A stretch of 64,000 nucleotides of DNA, from the NCBI GenBank assembly GCA_046563655.1, contig CM102285.1, forward strand, positions 806,001-870,000, written 5' to 3'. The DNA is from Yuukianura sp. NJ FZ-2021. Its lineage: Eukaryota. The notes below the pieces were generated by a model, which worked only from the letters and a program-made list of their open reading frames with translations, searched no databases and was not told the DNA's origin. Position numbers and translations under genes: made by a program. Within the stretch, counting starts at the first letter, position 1, and each line of letters begins with the position of its first letter. Below are positions 12,706 to 26,020 of this stretch, piece after piece.

Positions 12706-13829
12706 GTTAGGATAATAGCATAACCTCGCCTTTGCAGAGCAACCTGCAGAATGCTAAAGATGCACCTACCTTGAAAAAGCTTCTCGAAAAGGATGAATTG
12801 TTATAAATAACGAAACTGTTCATTTCCTGAGTATCGAGCAAACCTTTGCTACGCCTCTTTTCCTAATACTCTATATAATTTTTGGCACTCATAACAAAAC
12901 AGGAAGTCAATTTTGAAAAAAAATAATTTAGTTCAACTTGACCTTGTGCCCTCCACAAAAGTAAGTCAGGATTCGTGCTGGCTAAGTAGCAAAAGCTACT
13001 TTATGGCTTAGAGTAGTCAGGCTGTAAGACCGTACGTTAATGAAATGGCTTTTTGGTACTCATCGTTAGTTCTGAGTTGGAAATATAATTTTTCCATCCA
13101 TTTATTGCACCTTAATAAGTCAGTGGAGGTACGTTGGACTAAACTATGCCGTGAAGTTCTTTGACTTCGTCTTCGTCGAGTCCTTCTTCAGCTCCCTCTT
13201 CGTTGAACTCAAAGACTTGAGCTTGCCGACCATACTCATCGTCCTAAACAATTTGATTGTAACGTTAAATCATTTTACAATACAGCCCCTGGCATATTAA
13301 ATTGTGTTACATACTTGTGGTTAAAAGAAAGCGTTTGCAGAATTAGATTCAGAATTAGAACGTTTTAGTTTCATAAGCAATTTAACCGTGCATATGTTAG
13401 TGCGAATGTATAAAAAATAAATAAAAGTTACCAAATTTAAGTTGCTTAGCTTATGGCTGGGATCAGGCATGCAAGATCCGGTGCGAAATCCTACAAACCC
13501 CTATACACTGTTTCCTGTATCTTATCATAATAAAAATTTTGCTAAGAATTTGCGAAGCGGAAATAGCATATTTGTGCGTACCCTAGTAAAGTCCATGCAA
13601 TTAACAACCAAAGCGCTACGCTAACGCTATCAAAACTAAAGCTTCTCTTGCCAAATTTGGCCCTATTAGTTGAAAAGTGTAATTAATTAAAGTAATGAAG
13701 ATCACTCACGAGTGTCGGGAACTTTTTGCGTGCAACTAAAGCAGTCACAGTGTCCATGAATTCTGCCAAACCTGCAAATAAATACACAGTTGAAAGCTCT
13801 CTCCCAAAACATTGTTTGAATTCCACAAA

Positions 13830-14261
13830 TTAATCGAGCTTACAGTCGCTTCTAATAGCGAACGTCAAGTTCCCGGTGACATACTCGTCGTGTCCAGTGT
13901 CCCCGTTGCGGCGATAGAAATCACCACTAACTTGAAACACAATGTCGGTCTTGCGAATGACACTACACGGCGATTGGATAAACTTTAGATTGCCGAAATA
14001 CAGCAATCGCTTTCGGCCTAAAACGAATACAATAAAAACAAAATGGCAAATAAGTACTTTTATTGAAATTCCAATTATTCCAAAGGATTCGAACATCATT
14101 TCAGTGGTACTTCCCTTACCCGAGATTTTGCGCACAAAACGGAAGTCCGTGCCATCACTCCCAGCTCCTTTCAAAACAAGCTTTAACGGTGGCTGATGTT
14201 GGGTTACAAAATTGTTAATCGTAGATTCCAATGAGTCAAGTGGAAAACTGTGTTTTGCCAT
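13830..14261 (-). CDS. Small unknown beta-rich protein, copy 3 (exons 14261-14120, 14017-13830)
   Basis: Same phase-1 intron (GTAAGG...TTTTAG, 102 nt, which happens to be stop-free) and same motifs as copy 1. Confidence 0.75.
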   Translation of the reverse strand: MAKHSFPLDSLESTINNFVTQHQPPLKLVLKGAGSDGTDFRFVRKISGKGSTTEMMFESFGIIGISIKVLICHFVFIVFVLGRKRLLYFGNLKFIQSPCSVIRKTDIVFQVSGDFYRRNGDTGHDEYVTGNLTFAIRSDCKLD

Positions 14262-15489
14262 GGTCGCCGATCACAATTTGCTGCACAGTTGAAATTGCTA
14301 ATAGTAGACTGTACTGATGATGGATCTGAATAATCGGACGACTGAACTACAAATGATCGGAAAATCACGCGTGTCGTGGAAGGACGCGTTGACTTGGGAT
14401 GATGAGACTTCTGATTGGTTCAAAAATTTCAACCTTGAACTCTAACTGTTTGGCCAAAAAAAAATCCAATTAACTTAGCAAACCTTGTAAAAGTTACAAG
14501 GTTTGGTATTAAGAATTTCCGATTTGTGGAGAAATGCAAAGTCTCCAGAGAACTGCAATCCCTGATCGAAGCAAGAAGAAGCTAGCGAAGCCCTGGAAAG
14601 CAATTCATTCATGGATTGCAAGTAACTCTAGTCAATTTTATCAATTCTAATCCGCTGTTTTACTCAAGTCTCAACCACAGTTGAAGTTTCCAATCTTATT
14701 GCAAAAACAGTTTTATGAGTTGGGATGTTAATTGGAATTCAGTAAATTACGGTTAGTACACGCCTAACTAAAGTTAATCAATTTGCACAAAAATAAATGT
14801 GAAGTCTAACTATGTCTTCATCTTGCTTCAAACCATTTCTTCTAATTCTTTCCAAGGAGGATTCCAGGGTAGCCCAAACGCATGCCAATTCTAGAGCATG
14901 ATATTTTCAATCTGGACATCATAATTTACAGACTAACTTGATTCACAAAATTTACTTTTATAAATACTTTTAGTTTTTTTTTTATATTGTAGCTTAGGAA
15001 AACAAAATATTCCTAAAAAAAAACAAAAGATTTTTTCAATTTGTTCAACCCTTTCGCTCAAGATTTAGTTTTGTTTTTTAAATTGTTTTTACCACAAAAG
15101 TTGTTTAAGCTGCACTTCCCGAAAGTCTATTTACGTCGCATTCTAAATGTGAAAAAAAAACAAGTTGGCCCAATCACTTTGTAAAGAATTTTTAGACACA
15201 GTAAATTGTGAAACAAAGGCAATTCTTCCAAGGATTAGCAAAAAAAAAAAGTTTTTGTTTTTCATTTTCTCAACGTTTCAACCGCAATACATTTTAAAAA
15301 ATAAACCTTATGTTGTACACGTTTTTACTTATTTTAGTTTACGTTTTTATTTTTATATGCAAATGCATATAGCGGAATCGGAGAAGTTGGATCATGGTGG
15401 TGAAATTATGCCGTCGATGCATAAAAAGCTTTTGCACAAAATTTGATTTTTAGAGATTTCTCCTAACTGTTTTTTTTTTGAAGAAAGTC

Positions 15490-16985
15490 ATGTTTAATTC
15501 CAAAATTCGAAAAGCAATTGGACTAACAATGTGGGCCACTTGCTATTTCAAATTTTGTCCATATCGTTGGGACCGCAAAAATTACCGGTTCAAGAAAGCC
15601 AACAAACGTCACTTGCTGCTCACAGTACCGTTTTGTTTTTAGAAATTTTAGTAACACTTTTTACTTTTTGTCGATTTTTGCAAATTATTGGAAACCCCGT
15701 ACCCCGCCCGTTTATCATGGCATTTATTTATGTCATTGCAAGGACAATGGAAATGCTCTGCTACTTACAGTTTTATGTCAGGAGAGATGAAATCATGATA
15801 TTTGCAAATTTTATGTTTGCTTACATCGATGAACCAAGGGATAGTACATCCTAAAATTTCGTAATTTTGAAAAAAAGAAACTTTCAATTTGAAAAACTTG
15901 AATTTAAAAACTCACAGAAAATTTGGCTACACAGAAGGAGTCGTTGAAGAAAGAAAATTTTGTGGGGATTTTATGGCCATTACGGTTGCGATCAGCTCTG
16001 TTCTCGTGTTCGTCAATTCACCTTGCTTCATCGAAGTTCCAAAATTTTGAAATTTCAAAAAAAGTTTTGATTTTCAAAAACTTATATTTAAAAACTTACA
16101 GAAATGTTGGTACGTCAAAAGTCGTCGTTGAAGCGCGAAAATTTTGTTTGGGATTTTACCGCTGTTACGGTGTCGATCAGTTCTCTTCTCGTGTACGTCA
16201 ACCCACCTTTGCATGGTGAGTTTGTACAAATAGGTTATATATTTAATTATAATGAAACATATTATATTATTGAAATTTCAGCTCTTTTGCTTGTGAACAC
16301 GCCTTGTGTTCCTCACTTCTTAAGTTCAATTGTTTTGGACTGCAAGCAGCACATGGACCACGCACAGCCGTTCATTCACCAAATTCCGCTACCGCTAATC
16401 GTTCTTAAAAATGTTTTGGTCATGAGCATATCCTCCAAACAATTACGTTCAATTGGACTTTGATTTTCATTGGTTTTGCATGGCTCAAAGATATTATGAA
16501 AGATGTCAAGTAATTTTTGGAAAAACTCAAAACTTTCAAAATCAAAAAAATTCACTGTCAAATTTCATCTTTGTAGGACAGGCTCCCAAGCATTAGCAAT
16601 GCATGTCCGTGACCAAAGTCGCGCCAAATTTCGAAAAGCTCATGCAATTGTTCGTCATGTGAACGAAGCATTTCGAATTTACTTGGCTACTTCACCATCG
16701 CTGATCTTGGCTGTTCTGGTTTTGCTGATTTTTTCAACCATCAGATTTTCTGAAGTGGATGTCACCTCATACCTAATGTATCCAGCATGTACTGCTCGTT
16801 GTTTCTTTGAATCATACAGTTTGTTAGCATGGGCAGGTCATGTCAACACGGCCAGTGCAAATGTACTTACAAGTTGGAAACAGGCGACAAAGAGTACCGT
16901 AACATCGTATGTGTACAACAAAAAACTTCGAAAATCTTGTCTGAAGTTGACTATTTTGGCTAAAATGATTTATGTACACCTTTCA
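15490..16985 (+). pseudogene. GR-like family A, chimeric pseudogene
   Basis: 1-nt deletion near 15620; exon 2 present twice (15918-16025 and 16102-16216); indels in exon 3; truncated last exon. Confidence 0.8.
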
Positions 16986-17773
16986 TTTCCACGAAGTCAA
17001 TTTTGAAAAAAAAAACTAATTTAGATAAACTTTACCTTGTGTCTTCCCAAAACGTTGTCAGGAATAGTAGTAAGAAGTCAGTAGTAGAAATAGAAAATAA
17101 GTCCGGCTAAGTATCAAAAGCTACTTTACAGATTGGCGTAGTCTGTCTGTCTGACCCTCCGTCCACCATATCGCTTTTTTACTGCATAATTTTGAGTTTG
17201 AAATATAATTTGAAATATGAGTCGAGTTTATTGAACGTGAACTTCACAATAGTAAGTTGGGCTAAATTAGTCCCTCGTGAAGTGTGCTTTAACTTCATTG
17301 GTCATCTAGTTTTTGTTGCTCCACTTCTTCCTTGAAGTCTTGGACTTGATTGTCTTTGGATCATCGATCATCCTAAACAATTTGATTGTGAACTTACATC
17401 ATTTTTGAATGCAAAATATGGCAAATTAAATAGTGTCACTGCATTATCGTTAGAAGGAAGAGTTAGCAAAATTAAATTTAGAATAAGAAAATTTTAGTTT
17501 CATAAGAAACACCGCGCATATGTTAGTGCGAATGTTTAAAAAAAATAATGTTTACCAATTTTAAGTTGATGACATGCAAAATCGGAGGCGGACAAGCTAA
17601 AGTCCTCTCAAAACTGTTTCCTGTAACTTGTAATTATAATAAAATTTGCTAAAAGTATCGGAGAACCGGAAATGCTGTATTTGTACGTACACTAGTAAAC
17701 TGTATGCAATTACAATATTTGAGCTACACGCTAGAAATACTAAACCTTCTCATGCCTAATTTCTCATTTTATA

Positions 17774-18011
17774 CAGGGTGTGGCACGTAAAAGTAAACGG
17801 TGGATTTTTTTTTTTTTGGTTTTTTGATTGAATTATGGAGAGAAAACTGTAGCAAATGTTATGAAAACTAAAAAAGTTGCTTTGCAAAATTCTGAAATAA
17901 AAAGTTTTATACTATATATTTGGTACGATTTCTACTACGTTGTTTACAGTTTAAGGTCACGTTGCCCATAGGAACAAATTTTAGGCCTTTACTTTTACAT
18001 GCCACACCCTG
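17774..18011. mobile_element. Tc1/mariner-type MITE
   Basis: TA|CAGGGTGTGGCACGTAAAAGTAAA...TTTACTTTTACATGCCACACCCTG|TA. Confidence 0.8.
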
Positions 18012-18153
18012 TATGTTGTCGGTTACTAACCAGAGGCGGAAACTTTTGCACTTCAATCCAGAAGTTCACAATGTTCATGAATCCTGGAACTACTAAAAAA
18101 TAAATAGGAAGTTCTAAACGTTTTTTTCCAAAAGATTGCTGTAATTGTAGAAA

Positions 18154-18863
18154 TTAATGGAGGCAAATGTAAAAGTTACCCCAGTCTATGAGAGTAAATT
18201 GTAGTTTACCAGGGACATAATCGTAAGTTCCTGTCTCACTGTTTCGATGGTAAAACTGTCCGTTCAGTTGGAAAACAGCGTTTGTGATATGCGTCATAGT
18301 ACAAGAGGAGTCCAAAAACGTGAGATTTCCATGCATTAATCGATTTTTGTCTAAAACAACCACAATAAAAATAACATTGCAAATAAATACATTTAATGCA
18401 AGGTTGGTAAAAAACATTTTCTACACCAGGTTGTTCAATAACTCGAAGTTTTATATTTTTCACAAGTAATTTCAAGACTTGCTTTGCCGTGCCCCTCCAT
18501 GGTAATGATTTGCATGTAATGTAAATGGAATTGACGCCAAAAGTTGTTTTCACTGAAAAGTTCTAAAACTTGGAGTTATTGAACAACCTGTTGTAGAAAA
18601 CAGAATTTGGTTGCCAAGGAACCTTGCATTTAGTGTACATAAATGCATAACTATTCGCATGCACTTTTTATGAAGCGATTTTAAAGCAACCTTACAATGT
18701 TTTAAGTGGATTATTTTCCCTTACCCGGTTTTTTACGTACAATCCGAAAGGCGATCCCACCATTAAGTACCTTTAATTCAAGTTTGAGGTTTGGGTAGTG
18801 TGTTGTGAAAACGTTATTAACGTTTGATTTGAAAGAAACCACTGAAGTCGAATACTTCATCAT
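18154..18863 (-). CDS. Small unknown beta-rich protein, copy 4 (exons 18863-18725, 18350-18154)
   Basis: Phase-1 GTAAGG/TTTTAG intron gives a continuous ORF MMKYSTSVVSF...GNFYICLH. Confidence 0.75.
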
Positions 18864-20488
18864 TTGGCTTATATTCAGGGTTACCAGAGCAACCATTTAT
18901 ACAAATGGCGTAAGAGGTTATGTCATAACTCCGATTTTCAAAAAAAAAACAAGAAAAAACAACTTTTGTACGAATTTTGTTGTCTCAGCAAAAATATTGT
19001 TTTTTTTTCTTTCGCTTTTGCTATAGGAATCTGTAGTTGTAATTTCAAATTGCTAACGCAACGGAAGCGCGTAAGGGTAACGCAAGAAGTGAGGTTCAAA
19101 AAATTTACAATAAAAAAAAGGAGTTTTGACATAACCTTATAAGAAGAAATAAACAAAATTTCGAGTTAAACAAGCTTGGCTTGTATATGATCAATTTGAG
19201 TTAAAAGTATACAGTAAATGCTTTTAGATGAATTGTGTCTAAACGATCAGAAGGTCGAACGACAAATGATGGCAGAATGACGTGTAACGTGGTCGGCCCC
19301 ATTGACTTGGGAGGACGAGATTTCTAATTGGTTCAAAATAATAAACCTTGGATTTACTGAACTCTAGCTGCTTAACAAAAAAACGAATGATATTTATAGA
19401 ACAAACCTTGTGGATGTCACTGACCTGCCGTTTTAGAAATTTCTCATTTGCCGTAAAATGAAAAATTTTCACAGAATTGCAACTGATACAACATGGGTAC
19501 GAAATTCATTCATTTCATAGATGCAATTAACTCTGGCAAATTTTATGAAACATTTCTAATTGAATAGCTTACCACACAGCTATGAAGCTTCCAATTTTTA
19601 AAAAAAAACCATTTTATGAGTTTGGATGTTAATTGGAATACTTAGCAGATTACTAATTCAGAGTTCAACAATTTTCAGACTTTATCTGCCCCTTCAATCT
19701 GGACAAAATGTCATAATTTGCAAGTTAACTTCACTCACAAACGAATTTCATTCGTCAAAATTCGAAGTTTTTAGTTTTGTGCTTGGAATTCACCTTCGTC
19801 CTATGGTAATTCTTCTAATCCAGCAGAATACAAAGATTTTTAGCTTCGGAGTTAAGCATTCCTTGAAAAACAAAAGATTTTCTAATTTTGTTCGACCCTT
19901 TTGCTCAAAAAAAAATTTTTTTTTTAAATTGTTTTACCTCAAAAACTGCATTCAATTGTCGAGAGTTTATTTACGTTGCTTTCTAAATATGAAAAAAGGT
20001 GAAGGCGTCAAGTATGTTCAACCAAAGTAAATTCTGAAACAAAAGAAATTTTTAAAGGGATTTGCAAATTAAATCGATTTCAGAAAAATAAAAGTGTTAG
20101 AATGTTAGTTTATCTTTTAATCACTCTTTACTGCGCATGAGCAGAGCTCTTCTGATTATCGAGCAGAGCACTTTTTTATTGATTAGTAACTTTTTCTCGT
20201 TAATTTCTTTTATATCTGAAATTGGGTGCCAAAAATTGTACAAGTTTTTTTACTTTTAATTAAAATCTACGACATTGTTTAATCAACTCACTAAAAAAAG
20301 AAAACCAATATACATTAGGTTTTACACGTTTGCACTTAAGTTATAAAGTTGGGAATTGAAGAAATTGGATTTTGGTGGTATAAAAGAAATTATTCTGCCC
20401 AAGCATAAAAAGTTTTTCCACAAAATTTGATTTTCAAGAACTTTTCAAAAAAAAAGTTTGTCTTCCAACTTTTTGTTTGCAGACAAAC

Positions 20489-22060
20489 ATGTTTAATTCT
20501 AAAATTCGAAAAGCAATTGGACTAACAATGTGGTCCACTTGCTACTTCAAATTTTGTCCATATCGCTGGGATCGTAAAAATTACCGGTTCAAAAAAGCCA
20601 ATAAGCGTCACCTTATCCTGCACAATACCGTTTTGTTTTTTGAAATTTTAGTAACAATTTTTACTTTTTGTCGATTTTTTCAAATGATTGGAAATTCCGA
20701 ACCCCGTCCGTTTATTATGGCATTCATTTATGTCATTGCAAGAACAATGGAAATGCTCTGCTACTTGCAGTTTTATGTCAGGAGAGATGAAATCATGATA
20801 TTTGCAAATTGTATCTTTGCTTACATCGATGAAGCAAAAAAAAGTAAGTTCCAGAATTTTGAAATTTAAAAAAAAACTTACTTTTCAAAAACTTATATTT
20901 CAAAACTTGTAGAAATGTTGGTAAGTCAAAAGTCGTCGTTGAAGCGTGAAAATTTTGTGTGGGATTTTACCGCCGTTACGGTTTCAATCAGTTCTCTTCT
21001 CGTATACATCAATCCACCCATGCATGGTGAGTTTGTGTAGTTCCAGGTCATTCCCGCGAAAACAATAAGCGCGAATACAATACACGCGAAAAAAATAAGC
21101 CCGAATTCGTTGGCAACATATTAACATTGTAACTTAACCAACCCTTTTAAAAACACTAACATAGACCCATTAGAGTTCGGTTCCACTGTTGCCAACTTGC
21201 CAACTCAATTCTGCTTATTTTCGCGCTAATGACTTGCTACGGATTGTGCAAATAATTTTTATATTTAATTATAATTAAATGTATTATATTATTTAAATTT
21301 AGCACTTTTGCTTGTGAACACTCCTTGTGTTCCGCACTTCCTGAGTTCAATTATTTTGGACTGCAAACATCATATGGACCACTCACAGCCTTTGCTTCAT
21401 AAAATTCCGCTAATCATTCTTGAAAATTTTTTGGTCATGAGTATGCTTCAAACCATTACGTTCAACTGGACATTGATTTTCATTGGTTCAGCATGGGTCA
21501 AGGACATTTTGAAAGATGTGAAGTAAGTTTTCAAAAAAAAAACTGTTCAAAATCAAATTTTCGAAATTTCATGTTTGTACAGGGCAGGCTCTCAAGACTT
21601 AGCACTGAACGTCCGGGACCAAAGTCGCGCCAAATTCCGAAAAGCTCAGACAATTGTTCGTCATATGAACGAAGCATTTCGAATTTACTTGGCTACTTCA
21701 CCATCGCTGATTTTGGCTGTTCTGGTTTTGCTGATTTTTTCAACTATAAGATTTTCTGAAGTGGATGTAACATCATACCTAATGTATCCAGCATGTACTG
21801 CTCGTTGTGTCTTTGAATCATACAGTTTGTTAGCATGGGCAGGTCATGTCAACACGGCCAGTGCAAATGTACTTACAAGTTGGAAACGGTCGGCAAGTAG
21901 TACAGAAAAATCCTATCCGTACAACAAACGATTTGAAAAATCATGCCGAAAATTGACCATTTCAGCAGGATCGATGTACACTTTTGAAAGTTCCATCATC
22001 CTCAATACACTTCATAACTGTTCAGAGTCCACTTTCAACTTGCTTGTAGTCTACAAGTAG
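20489..22060 (+). CDS. Gustatory-receptor-like 7TM chemoreceptor family A, intact (388 aa; exons 20489-20843, 20913-21026, 21303-21522, 21583-22060)
   Basis: Four exons splice in frame; hydrophobic helices; GR-like C-terminus KLTISAGSMYTFESSIILNTLHNCSESTFNLLVVYK. Confidence 0.8.
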
Positions 22061-22791
22061 ATGAATTTGAATAAAAAACGATAGTAATTAGCTATAAAAA
22101 TATAGCAACATATTATAGTGATGACTAGAGTACAATAGATTATAGAATTTATAGCATTATAGATTCAGACAGACAGACCGACAGAGCGACAAGGTCATAC
22201 AAATAGTCTTCTCGAGTCCACTTTCAACTTGTAGTATGCAAGTAACCAAGTTTGACTAGGTTTGTAATTGTAATGTCAGTAATTATAAAAATGTAGATAG
22301 TAAGAAATTATAGTCACAAAAGAAAAAATCCGGACAGACAGACGGACGTAAAAACAAAGTCGTACAAGTAAACTTCGTCAGCATTTCGGAGACAATTTTT
22401 CAAGAAACAAGTAATAAAAATTTCTCTTTTACGTTGAGTAGATTTGCCGTTTTTTCTTTTCAAATTTACTACTTTAAATAAAATGTCACATTATAAATGT
22501 AGAATGCCAACACGGACGGCCATAAAAGTGAACTTACAACAACAAATTTAAAAATTCAGTCAAAATTTACCAACAAAGCTTCAAAAATATTTACATTATC
22601 TAGTAAAACTGTACATTCTTTGCTGTATGCTGCATAAGTTGCTGTTTATTATTTAATTTTCAATTTGAAATATAATTTCTGCATATATTTATGAACCGGC
22701 AAAAAGACAATCCATAATATAATAACAAAAATTTTGACTTTATTTGTTTTTTCTTTTTTTAAATTTTAACCATAAACGACTTCTACCAGTA

Positions 22792-24187
22792 GAGGAGACT
22801 GGGGGCAGTTGTAACAGATTTCGTATTTACGAATTTTAAAATTACTTCCGCATTATAATTTAACCTTTAGTTTTCGGTAATAATGAGTTCAGGGTGTTTT
22901 CTGGTAGATCCAAAAGTACGGAAAATTTTTAATGACAATTTAATATTTTTTAACCGATTTTTCAAAAACACTACCCTTGTTACAATTGACCCCAGGCCCG
23001 GGGTCAATTGTAACACGACTGGGGTCAAATGTAACAGCTCCCTAAACCCACAGCAATTCGTCATAATAACTATAAGATGACCATTATAAATACGTCTAAG
23101 TATGTTTATGGTAAGCACATTACAAAAACTTAAGTTAATCGTTAAATAGTTAAGTTTTTCTCGCATTCTTGAACCTGCAGACGGGTGTGGAGTTCACCTG
23201 GCCAGTTTTAGTTTTAGTTTTTAATCTCCTGCAAGTTTCACTCCTTTTATCGTAACGATCTTGACTATCGTGCGCGATAGTGACTCCTGTTTCGTCCATA
23301 TTGTAAATTGCGTGTGGTTCGAACTTGAATTTGTTCATAAGTCCTTCTAATTGTGCAAAAAAGTTGTTCACATTTGGCTTATTGAAGCTGACAGCTCTAG
23401 CAATGCTCGTTGTAACCTTCCAGTTGATAGGCCAGCATCCTAACTTCAGCTTGTGTCAACCCAATGAATATGTCAGCAGCCGTCTTCAGGTAAGTTTCCA
23501 AATGATCCTCTTGACTTCCCGTGAAAACACGATTTGAGTGGCCGTAGCCATTTCCCGTTTGAGATTCAGCATTTGAATCCTTCAGTTTTTTCATAAATCG
23601 GGCAAACGTAACATGGCAAATTGAATATTCACAGGATACACTTCGAATACTTCTGCCTTCCGATACTTTCTGACTCGCCTCCATTAATGTAGACACCTCA
23701 ACTTGTCCTCTGTTCGTTTTCCGAATACGTTTTCTGGGCATGTCTAAGAACCAAATCATGATCAAAGTTGTTACATATGACCCCATGAAATATGTTACAA
23801 TTGACCCCAGTATGGAATTTTTCGAAAAAAAATCTGCCAAAAAAATACAATGGCCTAAAGTTTAAAAGTAAATTGCTTACCTTACTTCTCGATGTGTTCA
23901 CGAAATTGTCAACTGTTGAAATCTTCACGAAAAGCGGAAGTTGGCAAAATATTTGACTTTACATGGAAACAAAATAATTTTACTTTCCACCTTTTTTCGG
24001 TTGTGTTTTGGGAAAAAAATTTTAGTACGAAGAAGTTAGTTAAATTCTAAATTATTTGAATTGCCGCGACAGCTGATCAGCTGTGACTAACTAATTATTG
24101 GTACAATAGATTTTTCATTCAATTAGAAGTAAGTAAGAATGGCACTGTTACAATTGACCCCGTGTTACAACTGCCCCCAACCTCCTC
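22792..24187 (-). mobile_element. pogo/Tigger-family DNA transposon, internally deleted
   Basis: TA-flanked TIRs GAGGAGACTGGGGGCAGTTGTAACA / TGTTACAACTGCCCCCAACCTCCTC; from ATG 23741 a psq-type HTH, a CENP-B-type HTH (VFTGSQEDHLETYLK) and IYNMDETG (first DDE aspartate); frameshifted and truncated. Confidence 0.9.
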
Positions 24188-24619
24188 TAAATGTCGTATC
24201 TTCCTGAATTTCAGACAAACTTTGAACTCAATAAGTTTTTATAAGTAAAAAAGTAATATTTCAAAAAAACTAGTTAAAGTTTTGATTATCAGGAATTAAA
24301 ACTTTTTTTTTGTTCGGCAAAAAGTACAACTCGTAGCATGGTTGAGTCGGTTTTGTCATGATTGGATTCTAAACCTTTGCAGAAAATTACAATTGTTGTT
24401 TTGGACTCTTGATTAACAATGAAGACATTGTTTAATTAACTCCCCAAAAAAATTGACAAAAATTTACATTTAGTAGTACATGTTTGTATTTAGTATGTAC
24501 ATTCAGAAATTGGAATTTTGTGGTATAAAAGAAACTAAGACATCAAAACACGGAAATCTTCCCCACAAAATTTGGTTTTTAAAAACTTTTGCAAAAAAAG
24601 TTGTTTGCTTTTTAAAAAA

Positions 24620-26020
24620 ATGTTTAATTCTAAAATTCGAAAAGCAGTTGGACTCACAATGTGGTCCACTTCTTACTTCAAATTTTGTCCGTATTACTGG
24701 GATCAAAAAAATTACCGGTTCAGAAAAGCCAACAAGCGTCACCTACGGCTTCACAATTGCATTTTGTTTTTCGAAATTTTAGTAGCACTTTTTACTTGTG
24801 GTCGATTTTTGCAAATGCTAATAGTTGGAAAATCCGAACCACGCCCGTTTATCATGGCAATGATTTTTGTCATTGCAAGAGTCCTGGAAATGGTTTGCTA
24901 CGTTCAATTTTATGTCAAAAGAGATGAAATCATGTTATTTGCAAATTCTGTCTTTGCTTACATGGATGAAGCGAGAGACAGTAAGTTACAAAATTTTGAA
25001 ATTTTGAAAAAAGAAAAAAAAAACTTTCGTTTTCAGAAACTTGGATTTAAAAACTTACAGAAAAGTTGGCTAATCAGAAGGAGTCGTCAAAGAAAGAAAA
25101 TTTTGTGTGGGATTTTACCGCCATTACGGTCGCGATCAGCTCTGTTCTCGTGTTCGTCAATCCACCTTTTCATGGTGAGTTTGTGCAAATAATTGATATA
25201 ATTATATAAATTATTATAATTATAATTAAATATATTATTCAAATTTTAGCTCTTTTGCTTGTGGAAACTCCTTGTGTTCCGCACTTCATTAGTTCAATTA
25301 TTTTGGAGTGTAAACATGACATGGACCACTCACAGCCTTTGATACACAAAATTCCGCTAATCATTTTTGATAATTTTTTGGTCATGAGCATGCTCCAAAC
25401 AATTACTTTAAACTGGACTTTGATTTTCATTGGTTCTGCATGGGTCAAGGACATTCTGAAGGATGCCAAGTGAGTTTTCAAGAAACAGTTAAAACAATTT
25501 CAAAAACCAAAAAATTTATTTTCAAATTTCATGTTTGTACAGGGCAGGCGCAAAAGACTTGACACTGAACATCCCTGACCAAAGTTACGCCAAATTTCGA
25601 AAAGCTCAGACAATCGTTCGGCATATGAACGAAGCATTTCGAATTTACTTGGCCAGTTCACCATCGCTGCTCCTCGCTGTTCTGGTTTTGTTAATTTTTT
25701 CAACCATCAGATTTTCTGAAGTGGATGTAACCTCATACCTAATGTATCCAGCATGTAGTGCTCGTTGTTTCTTTGAATCTTACAGTTTGCTAGCATGGGC
25801 AGGTCATGTCAACACGGCTAGTGGAGAAGTACTCACAAGTTGGAAACAGTCGACAAGGAGTACCGTAACATCGTATGTGTACAACAAAAGATTTGGAATA
25901 TCTTGCCGGAAACTGACCATTGCGGCGGGATTTATGTACACTTTTGAAGGTACGATCATCCTCACGAGTTTACATAACTGTTCAGAATCTACTTTCAACT
26001 TACTTGTAGTCTACAAGTAA
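24620..26020 (+). CDS. Gustatory-receptor-like 7TM chemoreceptor family A, intact (390 aa; exons 24620-24980, 25061-25174, 25250-25469, 25543-26020)
   Basis: Same exon structure and phases as 20489-22060; no stops. Confidence 0.8.

Noticed and set aside
13830-14261. Single-exon 143-aa protein with a hydrophobic middle segment
   Set aside because: The hydrophobic part is a stop-free 102-nt intron conserved in position among paralogs
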